IMG/VR virus record: IMGVR_UViG_3300035701_000034
Location: 1 to 60,540 of that record
Source of the DNA: a virus
Lineage: Duplodnaviria > Caudoviricetes
DNA: 60,540 nucleotides
Strand: one strand, 5' to 3'
Part shown: in pieces, positions 19,291 through 29,627 of the stretch
How positions within the stretch are numbered: position 1 is the first letter of the stretch
Layout of the letters: each line of letters begins with the position of its first letter
Notes under the pieces: generated by a model
Told to the model about the DNA's origin: nothing
Seen by the model: only the letters and a program-made list of their open reading frames with translations
The model's database searches: none
Translations under genes and position numbers: made by a program

Positions 19291-20736
19291 ATGACAATAC
19301 AGACTCTTGAACAGAAACTTAATATTGGAATTGACATTCTAAAATTTTGTATTAATGAAAATAAGAATCTAACGATAGGATGCTTAAAATTTGGAAAGCA
19401 AGATAAATATCTTCGATATTTAAAAAAGGATTCTCGCCCAAGGAATGAATCAGAGAAAAAACTCATGCAAGAGTTTTTAACGTATTACAATCAATATTTG
19501 ACTAAAAGAGTAAAAATTACAACAGAGGAAACATTAATTCTTAATTCGGAAGTACTTGATGGAATGGAAGAAATGACTAAAGCATTTCTGTCACCAGACA
19601 CGATCATTGAAACTGAAAGTTCAAAAATTACTGATACTTCCAATAATACTAAAGAACTTGATTTTAGAGGTAATGAAGTAATTAAAACCACCGAGCAACT
19701 AATAGAAGCAGCTAAAATCGATTTGAATATTTGGAAAGTCGATAAAAAAATAGCTAACGTATGGGATGTTACAATGAGAGGTTCTGATGGTGAACCACTC
19801 ACAGCGCAAAACTTTCAAGTAAAGTTATGGCTATCCAAAATCAGAAGTGATGATGAACAAAAAGCATGGGATAATTTCTTAAATTCAATTGCAGATTCAG
19901 CACCGGATTTATCCTATCTTCAAAAACCCGCATCAAAACAGGGTAAAAAATATATGCTTGAAATATCAATTCCTGATCTTCATATAGGAAAGTTAGCACA
20001 CGAAGACGAAGTTGGTGAAAACTATGACACTAAAATAGCTATTGATAGATATAAAGTAGCTGTCGATAAATTACTTAATCATGTTAGTCATTATAAAGAT
20101 CAAATTGAAGAAATCTTATTCCCAATAGGAAATGATTTACTTCAAATTGATAAGATGGAAGGAACCACGACTGCTGGTACAAAAGTTGACACGGATTCAA
20201 GATGGCAACAAATGTTCTTAAAAGCTAAAGAATTGTGTATTGGTACGATTAATAAATTAGCAGCTATAGCACCAGTAAGAGTTGTGATGGTAAGTGGAAA
20301 TCATGATAATCAAACGATTTTTTATTTGGGAGAGGTTTTAGTGGCATACTACAGAAATAACACTGAAACGGTGATTTTAGATAATTCACCGTTTCAAAGA
20401 AAATATCATAGATATGGAATAAATCTTATTGGATTTACTCACGGTAATGAAGAGAAACATCAGGATTTAGGATTACTCATGGCAACAGAACAGCCAGATA
20501 TGTGGGCAGCAACTCGATTTAGACAATTTCACTTAGGACATTTTCATTCACGTAAGACAACGAAATATGTAGACGTTAATGAATTTCAAGGATTTCAAAT
20601 AAGAATATTACCTAGTTTATCTTCATCAGATAAATGGCATAATACGAAGGGCTATATTTCTATTAAGTCTGCAGTTGCATTCTTATACGATAAAGAGAAT
20701 GGAATGATTAGTGAATTTTCACATAATGTATTTTAA
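19291..20736 (+). CDS. calcineurin-like metallophosphoesterase with N-terminal extension
   Basis: PDLHIG, GND, SGNHD, THG, GHFH. Confidence 0.85.
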   Translation: MTIQTLEQKLNIGIDILKFCINENKNLTIGCLKFGKQDKYLRYLKKDSRPRNESEKKLMQEFLTYYNQYLTKRVKITTEETLILNSEVLDGMEEMTKAFLSPDTIIETESSKITDTSNNTKELDFRGNEVIKTTEQLIEAAKIDLNIWKVDKKIANVWDVTMRGSDGEPLTAQNFQVKLWLSKIRSDDEQKAWDNFLNSIADSAPDLSYLQKPASKQGKKYMLEISIPDLHIGKLAHEDEVGENYDTKIAIDRYKVAVDKLLNHVSHYKDQIEEILFPIGNDLLQIDKMEGTTTAGTKVDTDSRWQQMFLKAKELCIGTINKLAAIAPVRVVMVSGNHDNQTIFYLGEVLVAYYRNNTETVILDNSPFQRKYHRYGINLIGFTHGNEEKHQDLGLLMATEQPDMWAATRFRQFHLGHFHSRKTTKYVDVNEFQGFQIRILPSLSSSDKWHNTKGYISIKSAVAFLYDKENGMISEFSHNVF

Positions 20737-20746
20737 ATTAATTGAT

Positions 20747-21241
20747 ATGGAAGAAAAACAAGAAAAAAAATCAACAAAGAAAAAAACACCTATAGTTGAT
20801 GAAGAAAAAGTAAGAGAAGCAAAAAAGAAAGTAAATGATTTGCTTCAAGGTACGGGTCTTGAAGACCCTACAGATGTATTTGTACCACCAGTAATGGATG
20901 ATGAATCACAAGGAACTAATCTTAATAATGACAATGCAACTTCATGGTTAAATGAACAAGTTGCAGGTCTAACTCAGCAAGTTGATGAATTAGAAAAAAC
21001 TATTATGCATTTAAGAAATGATAATTCAAATTTATTGATTTCTCATAATAGCGGTGATGCAACTACATCAGAAAAGGCGAAAATAATAGAATTATACAAA
21101 CATTTTGAGGGGGTTTATAGAGCAGGATCATATGATCAGGTAAAATTTTCAAATCCACAATATGGAAATGGTGTACTTGATATGTTTTTAAGTACTTTTG
21201 TCTTTTTGAATGATTACAAATCATATAGACATAGAGGATAA
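20747..21241 (+). CDS. hypothetical coiled-coil protein
   Basis: ATG at 20747 after the previous stop; central heptad region. Confidence 0.6.
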   Translation: MEEKQEKKSTKKKTPIVDEEKVREAKKKVNDLLQGTGLEDPTDVFVPPVMDDESQGTNLNNDNATSWLNEQVAGLTQQVDELEKTIMHLRNDNSNLLISHNSGDATTSEKAKIIELYKHFEGVYRAGSYDQVKFSNPQYGNGVLDMFLSTFVFLNDYKSYRHRG

Positions 21242-21274
21242 TTGTTAAGATTGCAAGGAGTGGTACAGAAGTCT

Positions 21275-21303
21275 AAATGCTTTGATTTAATGTCAAAGCA
21301 TTT
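21275..21303. promoter_or_regulatory. perfect 11-bp inverted repeat upstream of the primase
   Basis: AAATGCTTTGA-N7-TCAAAGCATTT. Confidence 0.55.
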
Positions 21304-21324
21304 GGCGTTTAAAAAAAGAATAAT

Positions 21325-22305
21325 ATGAAAGGTAATTGGGGTGAGTTAACATCGTTGGTTGGACGTATATTCACGGACATAAAAAATGAGGGTAATGAGC
21401 AGATTCAAGTAAACTGCCCAAGATGTCAGGAACGTGATGATCTACCTGAACCGGATGAAAAATATAATCTTGAAATTAATTTAAGATTGAAAAAATTTCG
21501 ATGCTGGAAATGTGATGAACCATTTTTTTCTGGTAATTTAAAGTATCTCATAAATTTGTATGGTAATAATGATGATATAAATGAATACAAAGAATATGAA
21601 TATAATAATTTAGACATTCTTGCTGATGAAGAAGAGAAAGTTGTAATACAGGATGTTGAATTACCACAAGAATTTATATCATTCACAAGTATCGATACTA
21701 CTAATTCGGCTCATATGGAAGCGTATAATTACCTGCTTTATGTGAGAAAAATAGATTATAAGACCATATTGAAATTTAGATTAGGGTTTTGTCTTGAAGG
21801 TAGGTATAAGAAAAGGATCATTATTCCTTCATTTGATGTCTATGGCAAGCTTAATTATTTCGTGGGTAGAACATACGATAAGTATTGTAAAAGACCCTAC
21901 GATAACCTTAAATCAAGTAAGGACGCTATTATATTCAATGAGGGATATATTGATTGGGATTCAACGGTTTATCTGGTAGAAGGGCCGTTTGATTTTTTGA
22001 GTTTTAACATTAATACTATACCTCTATTAGGTAAAATATTGGGTGAAAAATTATTTTTCAAAATAAAAGAGAAAAAACCGGATATTATTGTTATCTTAGA
22101 CCCTGATGCATGGAAGAATGCAATGAGTTTATATCAACAATTATTGACGATATATTATGATTGTGAAGAAAAGGTTAAAATAGTAGAAATGAAAGGTAAA
22201 AACGATTTAGATGAATTAAAGAGATTTGAAGGAATCTCATCTGTCATTGCTCAAATTAAAGAAGCAAGACAGTTACAAGATGACGATTATTTGCACGTCA
22301 AATAA
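21325..22305 (+). CDS. DNA primase, DnaG/TOPRIM type
   Basis: Zn finger CPRC...CWKC; RIIIP, YFVGR, LVEGPFD, DPD. Confidence 0.9.
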   Translation: MKGNWGELTSLVGRIFTDIKNEGNEQIQVNCPRCQERDDLPEPDEKYNLEINLRLKKFRCWKCDEPFFSGNLKYLINLYGNNDDINEYKEYEYNNLDILADEEEKVVIQDVELPQEFISFTSIDTTNSAHMEAYNYLLYVRKIDYKTILKFRLGFCLEGRYKKRIIIPSFDVYGKLNYFVGRTYDKYCKRPYDNLKSSKDAIIFNEGYIDWDSTVYLVEGPFDFLSFNINTIPLLGKILGEKLFFKIKEKKPDIIVILDPDAWKNAMSLYQQLLTIYYDCEEKVKIVEMKGKNDLDELKRFEGISSVIAQIKEARQLQDDDYLHVK

Positions 22306-22328
22306 CTTAATGTATATGTGTACTATAA

Positions 22329-22904
22329 ATGACCTCAAGACAAGATAAAGATTTAGAATTATTACAATTGATATTACAAACTAACGACTCTAAATCAAGC
22401 AACGAACTATATGGATTTTATACTGATGAGATAAAATGCCACATAAAAAAGAAATTTAAATTAACGGAAGAAGATGCCGAAGATTTAACTTCGGATACTG
22501 TAATAAAGATGTTATCAAATTTATTCTCATACGAGAAAAATAAATCTAATTTTAGAACTTGGGTAATAACTATAGCAGATAACACGGTTATTAATTTTAA
22601 GAAAAAATTATCTAATAATATAGAACACTTCGTATATACTAATATTGAAGATATTGATAAGCATCAATTCATTGAAGATATGCCAACACAAGATAGCTTT
22701 GAAGAGACCTTTTCAAATAACAATACTCTCAATTACATAACATCTGATCTTGATGAGGATTCTAATGATATGATTCACAAGAAATACGTGGAAGGAAAGA
22801 CCCATAAAGAAATAGGAGTACATTACTCAATGACTAGTACAACAATATCGAATAAGATTAGTTACATCAAAACTAAGATGAAGAAAAAAATGGAGAATGA
22901 ATAA
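22329..22904 (+). CDS. RNA polymerase sigma-70 factor, ECF-like
   Basis: Region 2 DAEDL.SD...Y...KSNFRTWV..IA.N; region 4 HTH EGKTHKEIG; TTTG-N19-TATATGTG upstream. Confidence 0.85.
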   Translation: MTSRQDKDLELLQLILQTNDSKSSNELYGFYTDEIKCHIKKKFKLTEEDAEDLTSDTVIKMLSNLFSYEKNKSNFRTWVITIADNTVINFKKKLSNNIEHFVYTNIEDIDKHQFIEDMPTQDSFEETFSNNNTLNYITSDLDEDSNDMIHKKYVEGKTHKEIGVHYSMTSTTISNKISYIKTKMKKKMENE

Positions 22905-22965
22905 GAACACAATAACATTAATTAATTAATTAATAACAGGACAAGTTCCATCAAATACTTAATAT

Positions 22966-23364
22966 ATGAAAAATGATTACCCAACAAAAGAAGTTTTTAT
23001 TTGCGACTGCTTTTCCAATGAACATCAGCTAGTTCTATGCTATATGTTTGGTGATGATGAATTGGATTTCGATACGATGACTTTTCAATTTTATTTGAAT
23101 CCAACTTTTGGTTTTTGGAAGAGAATTGGTGTTGCAATTCGATATATCTTTGGATATAAATCAAAATACGGGGATTGGGATGATTATATGGTAAACCATA
23201 AAGATTGTGATAAATTAATCGATTATTTTCAAAAATTGAAAAACGATTATGTTAATGTTAATGCTAATATAACAAATAGCCTTAATAATGATTCCGTGCT
23301 GGATCATTTCAGATCGGATATTACAAATACCAAACCACAAAATACGACTACAAACAATCCTTAA
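22966..23364 (+). CDS. hypothetical phage protein
   Basis: 132-aa ORF with CDC...EH and FWKRI..AIRYIFG. Confidence 0.6.
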   Translation: MKNDYPTKEVFICDCFSNEHQLVLCYMFGDDELDFDTMTFQFYLNPTFGFWKRIGVAIRYIFGYKSKYGDWDDYMVNHKDCDKLIDYFQKLKNDYVNVNANITNSLNNDSVLDHFRSDITNTKPQNTTTNNP

Positions 23365-23417
23365 TTCTAATAAAATCAATAAATTTAATTCTGACACAAA
23401 ATTTATGCTTCTTTTCT

Positions 23418-23425
23418 GTATTTAT
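23418..23425 (+). promoter_or_regulatory. GTATTTAT putative late promoter
   Basis: 20 nt before the fibre gene ATG. Confidence 0.55.
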
Positions 23426-23445
23426 ACTGAAAGAAGCAAGAATTT

Positions 23446-26400
23446 ATGGCAGAAAAAAGTGCATTAAGACTCCTTCCGGGGAAAGATGCTTTATTAGAGT
23501 ATGTATCTGGAGTATATAAAGCTAAAACTTTCGTAGAACGTAATGGATTAATGTATAAAGCATTAGTCGATACTTCGTCTACATTTATAACATCGGAATG
23601 GGAAGTAGTTAATGGTGATTTACGTGATTTAAGAGTAAATTTCATCAGAGATCGTAATGCATTAACGGGAAATACTCCAACGACTGGTACAACTGGTTAT
23701 CACATACCTATTGTTGATAATACTAATGTTTTAGTACTAAATGCAACTGCAGACCCTTTAGTTGGATCAAATAAATTTGCTAGATACAATTACAATAAAA
23801 CAACGGCTAAATGGTTATTATTACAAGTCAGTACTGGTAGTACATCAAGTAATGTTAGTAATTATACTCTTTTAACAAACAGACCAAACATAATCAGTGG
23901 TATAACAGTTACAGCAGGTGCTGGATTAACTGGTGGTGGTAGTTTTAGCGGTACAGTTCCACCATCAACAGGTACAATTACCTTACAGCATTTAGATACA
24001 TCATCTCAAGATAGTTTAAATCCATCAGGATTTACGTATGTACAAAAATTAAAAGTAGATACATATGGTCATGTTACAGGTGCTACAACTTCATTATGGA
24101 TACATCCAGATACTTCTAGTCAAGCTAATATAACTAATACGGGTCTTACTTACATTCAAAGTATTCAAGTGGATAGTGTTGGACATTTAATTGGAATGAG
24201 TAGTGGAACATGGATACATCCTGATAACTCAACTCAAGGTTCTGTAATCAATACAGGAACAACATTTATACAAAGTATACAATTAGATTCGGTAGGTCAT
24301 ATAACAGGAATAAACAGTGCTGTTGCACCAGCTAGTATCAGTGGTGTAAATTTTAATGTTGCTGGTAATAGCGGTGGTTCTATTGCAATGCCTAATGGAG
24401 GAACATTGCAAATAACTGGAGGAACAAATATAAATACAGTAAGTACTGTACATGGTTTAAATGTTGGATTAAGAATTAATATGACACCTGCAGGTTCTAA
24501 TGGCCAAGTACAGGTTAATAATAGTGGAGTATTAGGTGCTGGTTCTGGATTGTTATATGGATCAAATATATTAACAACACCTAGTTTAATAATTTCGACA
24601 ACATCTGCATCAGGTAATTCAAGTAATTCAATTTTAGTAAGAGATACAGCAACAGGTGTTGTTAATGAAATTTCACAATCATTTATTAGAACTGCAATAG
24701 CAGGATCAAATACACAATTACAATATAATAGCAACGGTATTCTCGGTGCATCATCAAATTTAACATTTACAGGTAATACAACATTAGTAAGTGGTGCTGT
24801 TGCAATAACGACAACACCTAGTGTTGGTAGTAGTGATGATGTATTAACATGGAATTCAACAAGTAAGAAAATTACTAAGATAACTCAAACTTCTATTGTT
24901 ACGGGAAAATTAGACACTTCCACATTCAATACATATTCTGGAAATACTTCTGCTATAATTAGTTCGTTGTCTTCAACGAAGTTGAATATATCATCATTTA
25001 ATGCATATTCAGGAGTAACAGCAACAAATATTGCAAATAGATTGTTAACTACTTCATTTAATTTCTATTCTGGTCTTACTGCTGCATTCATTAATACTAA
25101 ATTAGCAATATCATCATTTAATATTTACTCTGGTAATACTGTTAATTCAATCAATAGTAAATTAGCAACATCGTCATTTAATTTTTATACTGGTACTACA
25201 GAACCATCGATTTATTTAGGTAAGATACCTTTCAATAATTATTCTGCTACTACTATAAGTAACATTAATAATAAGTTATCTACGAGTGCGTTTAATTTTT
25301 ATTCTGGAATCACAGCAACTAGATTAAGTAGTTTAGAATCTAATGACGTTACAGGTGCAACTTCATTAGGAAATCACACTATATTAGGAACCAAATTAGG
25401 AAAAAATTTACGATTCAAAGGATTGGCTGCTGGTACAAATATTGTATTAACACCAACATCAACAGGAATAACAATTAATGCTCCAACGATATTTATAACA
25501 CCATATGCGATAGCAAATAGTGTTCAATTTAATGGTAGTGGTATATTTAGTGGATCGACTGGTCTTACATTAACATTAGGATTGTTAAATGCACCAAACT
25601 CAATTCAACTTTCAAGAAATACAATTGGTGGTGATAGAACTATAGCTGCAGAAAGTAGTACAATTAATAATACGTTTAGAATTTTTAATAGAGTTGGTAA
25701 AATATCTATAAGTGGTGGTACTAGTTCCACAGCAACTGCTGCATCTGATGTAACTATTCAAGCAGGTTTAAATTCATCTACAGGCCCATCAGGTAATTTA
25801 ATTCTTCTTGGTGGCGGTGCATCTTTTGGTTCTGGTACGGGTACTGGAGGTAATGTAAGTATCATAGGTGGAACTAACAATAGTGCATCTGCAGCAGCAG
25901 GTAGTGTAACTATTCAAGGTGGTGGTAATTCTTCAACTGGTCAACAAGGAACTGTAACTATTCAAGCAACAACTGGTATTGGGTCAGGTGGTGGTATAAA
26001 TATTATTGCAGGTGGATCATCAACTGGCCCTAGTGGTAATATAGTAATTAATGGTGGGCTTTCACAAAATGCTCTTCCGGGTAGTAATATTAACATACTA
26101 GCTGGTCAGAACAATTCAACTGGTATTGGTGGTTCTATTTCTTTGCAAGGTGGTAGTAATGGTAGCACTAATGCTGCTGGTAATATAAATATTTTTGGTG
26201 GACAAACTAATGGTGCTGGTCTTGGAGGTAATGTATATATCAGAGGGGGTATAAATGGTAGTTCACTAATTAGAGGACAAGTTATTATTGTTGGTAGTTC
26301 TAGCACATCAATTTCTAATGGTGTGATAATTAGTGGAGATAGTGCAACAGGTTCTGGTGGTAATGTCCTTATTCAAGGAGGTATTAATAATACTGCTTCT

Positions 26401-27378
26401 GGTTCAATTCCATCATCAATTAAACTTTATGGTGTAACTAATAGTGGTGGAAATGGTGATATTATTATAAGAGCATCGTTAAATACTTTAGGTGGTAATC
26501 CGGGTGGTAATATTAATATGAGTGGTGGTACTGGTGCAGCTAATGGTGGTAGGGTAATAATTGCAGGTGGTGTAGGAACAACAAATGGTGGCCATTTATA
26601 TCTTACTGGTGGTACTGGACTTGCAAATCAAGGTGGTAATGTAAATATCATTGGAGGTACTTCTGGAAATGTTACTGGAATTCAAGCTGGTGATGTAAAT
26701 ATTACAGGTGGTTTACAAGTTGGTGGTGGTACTGGCCCGGGTGGTAATGTGAATATTACTGGTGGACTTGGTGCTGGTAATGGTGGTGGATCAGTAATTA
26801 TAAAAGGTGCTATTTCAACGGCAACAATACAAGGTGGTGTTGTTGATATAAGAGGTGGGTCTTCGAATACATCTACAACATCTGGTGCAGTTACAATACG
26901 TGGTGGGGATGCAACATCATCTGGTTTCCCCGCAACATTATATTTAATTGGTGGAAATTCAAGTAATACAAATGCAGGTTTAATACAAATAACGGGTGGT
27001 CAAACAAGTTCAACTACTGGACTTGGTGGTGGTGTAACAATACGTGGTGGTGATGGTACTGCGACTGGTTCTAAAGGGGGTACATTAACAATTGCTGGTG
27101 GTTCTAGACAAGTTACCAGTGCTGGTGCAAATGGTGATGTTTTAATAAATGGTGGAGGTCAAAGTGGATTTGGAGAAACCACAGGATTTGGTAATGTATA
27201 CTTACATAATCAAGTTGAATTAGTATTATCTGCGACTAATGGTAATAAAGTAACCCACATTGGTCAAGCATCAGCGAATCCAACTACAGCACCTTCTAGT
27301 GGTGTTATATTGTATTATGATGGTACTAATTTTAGAGCTTGGAGATCAGGTCAAGGAGCTTCACAAATAATTGCATAA
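23446..27378 (+). CDS. tail fibre/adhesin-like virion protein, Gly/Ser/Thr-rich and multi-repeat
   Basis: H.D.S.Q...G.T..Q...D..GH x3; AGSN.Q.Q.N..G.LG; 22-aa KL..S.FN.YSG.T repeats; long GG.V.I.GG run. Confidence 0.75.
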   Translation: MAEKSALRLLPGKDALLEYVSGVYKAKTFVERNGLMYKALVDTSSTFITSEWEVVNGDLRDLRVNFIRDRNALTGNTPTTGTTGYHIPIVDNTNVLVLNATADPLVGSNKFARYNYNKTTAKWLLLQVSTGSTSSNVSNYTLLTNRPNIISGITVTAGAGLTGGGSFSGTVPPSTGTITLQHLDTSSQDSLNPSGFTYVQKLKVDTYGHVTGATTSLWIHPDTSSQANITNTGLTYIQSIQVDSVGHLIGMSSGTWIHPDNSTQGSVINTGTTFIQSIQLDSVGHITGINSAVAPASISGVNFNVAGNSGGSIAMPNGGTLQITGGTNINTVSTVHGLNVGLRINMTPAGSNGQVQVNNSGVLGAGSGLLYGSNILTTPSLIISTTSASGNSSNSILVRDTATGVVNEISQSFIRTAIAGSNTQLQYNSNGILGASSNLTFTGNTTLVSGAVAITTTPSVGSSDDVLTWNSTSKKITKITQTSIVTGKLDTSTFNTYSGNTSAIISSLSSTKLNISSFNAYSGVTATNIANRLLTTSFNFYSGLTAAFINTKLAISSFNIYSGNTVNSINSKLATSSFNFYTGTTEPSIYLGKIPFNNYSATTISNINNKLSTSAFNFYSGITATRLSSLESNDVTGATSLGNHTILGTKLGKNLRFKGLAAGTNIVLTPTSTGITINAPTIFITPYAIANSVQFNGSGIFSGSTGLTLTLGLLNAPNSIQLSRNTIGGDRTIAAESSTINNTFRIFNRVGKISISGGTSSTATAASDVTIQAGLNSSTGPSGNLILLGGGASFGSGTGTGGNVSIIGGTNNSASAAAGSVTIQGGGNSSTGQQGTVTIQATTGIGSGGGINIIAGGSSTGPSGNIVINGGLSQNALPGSNINILAGQNNSTGIGGSISLQGGSNGSTNAAGNINIFGGQTNGAGLGGNVYIRGGINGSSLIRGQVIIVGSSSTSISNGVIISGDSATGSGGNVLIQGGINNTASGSIPSSIKLYGVTNSGGNGDIIIRASLNTLGGNPGGNINMSGGTGAANGGRVIIAGGVGTTNGGHLYLTGGTGLANQGGNVNIIGGTSGNVTGIQAGDVNITGGLQVGGGTGPGGNVNITGGLGAGNGGGSVIIKGAISTATIQGGVVDIRGGSSNTSTTSGAVTIRGGDATSSGFPATLYLIGGNSSNTNAGLIQITGGQTSSTTGLGGGVTIRGGDGTATGSKGGTLTIAGGSRQVTSAGANGDVLINGGGQSGFGETTGFGNVYLHNQVELVLSATNGNKVTHIGQASANPTTAPSSGVILYYDGTNFRAWRSGQGASQIIA

Positions 27379-27420
27379 TAACAAAATTTTGTGTAATATT
27401 GTATATTAATTGAATAACAT

Positions 27421-27654
27421 ATGCTACTTAATTTAACAGAAAAACAGTTCATGATTTTATCAAATCTAATTGATAAAAAAAATCAATTAGATCAAGAAAT
27501 TGTAATGATTAATCTTAGACAAAAAGAAATTGCCGAATTAATTTTAGACTTTAATAACATAAATATTTCTGATGTTGCAGAGATGAATTTCATCGATAAG
27601 AAATTAAATGTTGTATTAATTACAAAAGAAATTACCACACCTATTTTAGAATAA
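27421..27654 (+). CDS. small coiled-coil protein after the fibre (possible fibre chaperone)
   Basis: 77-aa ORF; assignment from position only. Confidence 0.4.
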   Translation: MLLNLTEKQFMILSNLIDKKNQLDQEIVMINLRQKEIAELILDFNNINISDVAEMNFIDKKLNVVLITKEITTPILE

Positions 27655-27776
27655 AAGCATTAAAAATAATCCCATGTAAGATTATTTTCGCCCAAATCTC
27701 TGTCAAAATAAACACTTTGTAGAATATAATGTCATTTTAACTTTTTTTTTCTATTTATATTTACTATTTTTACGGT

Positions 27777-28502
27777 ATGATGAATAATCTTACAAAAGTA
27801 ATAACTATGAGAAAATTAAAATATGTATTACCTCTAACATTTCTTCTTCTTTTGATTCCATATATTCAGGGATATGATGAATCAAATAATGAGTTTGACT
27901 CCCTACTAAAAAATGATGTAGAATCTATATCTAAATTTCAAAATCGGGCTAAATTTATGCCAGCATTTGAAAGAGTAAAAAAATATGAAGGATATTACGT
28001 GAATCATCCACACGATCATGGTAAAGAAACATATCAGGGAATTACACGTAGATTTAATCCAGACTGGAAGGGATGGACACATATTGATATACATAAAAAT
28101 AAATTTGGTAGACCAAAAACAAATGAAAAACTAAATGAGGTTATAAATCATTATGTTTTGGATTATTATTTGACATTATGGTTAGATGAGGGATTTGATA
28201 ATATAAAATCTCAACCTGTAGCAAATTATTTTTTTGATTTTAGAATAAATGGTGGTATTTCTGTTATCATAACACGTAGAATGCTTAATCGTATGGATTG
28301 TAAAATCGATGGTAATACTTCTGTTGTTAATGAGGAATTAATTGATGCTATCAATAGTATCGACCCTAAAATCTTCATTATCGCATTGAAAAATGAACGT
28401 ATGCGTTTTTATAATGGAATTGTAAAAAGGGACGCTAGTCAAAAAATTTTCTACAGAGCATGGAAAATTAGAACTTTTGATATAGAAAACATTAATACCT
28501 AA
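27777..28502 (+). CDS. GH108 lysozyme (endolysin) with N-terminal hydrophobic signal
   Basis: EGYYVNHPHD.G.ETY.GIT, FD..IN.G, C-terminal Q..F...W..R; YVLPLTFLLLLIPYI. Confidence 0.85.
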   Translation: MMNNLTKVITMRKLKYVLPLTFLLLLIPYIQGYDESNNEFDSLLKNDVESISKFQNRAKFMPAFERVKKYEGYYVNHPHDHGKETYQGITRRFNPDWKGWTHIDIHKNKFGRPKTNEKLNEVINHYVLDYYLTLWLDEGFDNIKSQPVANYFFDFRINGGISVIITRRMLNRMDCKIDGNTSVVNEELIDAINSIDPKIFIIALKNERMRFYNGIVKRDASQKIFYRAWKIRTFDIENINT

Positions 28503-28544
28503 AATAGTTGTAAATCATCTAATTTAGTGTTATATTTACAATTG

Positions 28545-28799
28545 ATGAATAATAACTTAAAAGAATATCAAAATACGGCAGAAAAAGTAATGTTACTTGT
28601 TTTTACACAAGTCTTTATTTTATCGTTGATCGGATGGGTATTTCCATTTAAAGTAATCGCTGCGATTTTAGGATTTTTAATTATTGCATTATTGATAGTA
28701 ACAATCATTAACACTATTTTAAGTTTAATTATCATACTAAAATATGTAAATGAGATGATAGATAAGCTTTTTAAGCAATATGAAAAAAATATATCTTAA
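28545..28799 (+). CDS. small membrane protein (2 TM), holin candidate
   Basis: Hydrophobic segments, adjacent to the lysozyme; has its own GTTG-N20-TATATTTA promoter. Confidence 0.4.
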   Translation: MNNNLKEYQNTAEKVMLLVFTQVFILSLIGWVFPFKVIAAILGFLIIALLIVTIINTILSLIIILKYVNEMIDKLFKQYEKNIS

Positions 28800-29103
28800 T
28801 TTTCTTAAGAAGATATTTGACTTCTTCAAAAAGAAGCCACAACCACAACCAAGATCACCTCAAGAAATTGAGAATGATAAATTTCGCCATAAATACAAAT
28901 TAGAGTTTTTATTGGGAGTGTATTTTGTTTTGTATCATTTTAATGAGCAGTGGTGGTATCTTAGAAAATGGGATGAAGATTATGTGTTTGAAGAAACATC
29001 TGGAGATTCATTAAGAATCCAATATCCTGAATATCTCGAAAATATTATTACTTTACATCAAGAATGGCTAAAAAGTGGTAAGTTTTTTTTACCTTTTAGA
29101 TAA
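28780..29103 (+). CDS. hypothetical protein
   Basis: 107-aa ORF. Confidence 0.55.
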   Translation: MKKIYLNFLKKIFDFFKKKPQPQPRSPQEIENDKFRHKYKLEFLLGVYFVLYHFNEQWWYLRKWDEDYVFEETSGDSLRIQYPEYLENIITLHQEWLKSGKFFLPFR

Positions 29104-29105
29104 AT

Positions 29106-29627
29106 ATGAGTTATATTGTAGTAGACATTGAGGCTGATGGCCCAATACCCCACCCTTATTCAATGGTATGCTTTGGAGCAGTCATAGTAGAACCAAGCCT
29201 CCAAAAGACATTCTATGGTCAAACCAAGCCTATTTCAGGTAAATGGATACCAGAGGCACTAGCGATTTCAGGATTCAACAGAGAGCAGCATATGACGTTT
29301 GACGACCCTATGGAGATAATGAGAAAATTTGACCTTTGGATTAAAGAAAATTCAAAGGGCCACCCCATTTTTATTTCTGATAATTTAGCATTTGATTGGC
29401 AATGGATAAATTATTATTTCCACACCTATCTATTAAAAAATCCTTTTGGATATTCTGGTAGACGAATTGGAGATATGTATGCAGGATTAGTTAAAGATAC
29501 ATATGCAAAATGGAAGCATTTACGCAAAACTGTACATACACATCATCCTGTGGATGATGCAAAGGGAAATGCCGAAGTTTTACTTATGATGAAAAGAGAA
29601 ATGGGATTAAACATTAAATTATTATGA
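29106..29627 (+). CDS. DEDDh 3'-5' exonuclease (RNase AS/DnaQ-like)
   Basis: VDIEADG, NLAFDW, HHPVDDA. Confidence 0.85.
   Translation: MSYIVVDIEADGPIPHPYSMVCFGAVIVEPSLQKTFYGQTKPISGKWIPEALAISGFNREQHMTFDDPMEIMRKFDLWIKENSKGHPIFISDNLAFDWQWINYYFHTYLLKNPFGYSGRRIGDMYAGLVKDTYAKWKHLRKTVHTHHPVDDAKGNAEVLLMMKREMGLNIKLL

Noticed and set aside
5347-26306. Antisense or alternate-frame ORFs (e.g. 5347-5649, 10963-11178, 16222-16416, 24297-24734)
   Set aside because: Shadows of low-complexity sense genes; no motifs or expression signals
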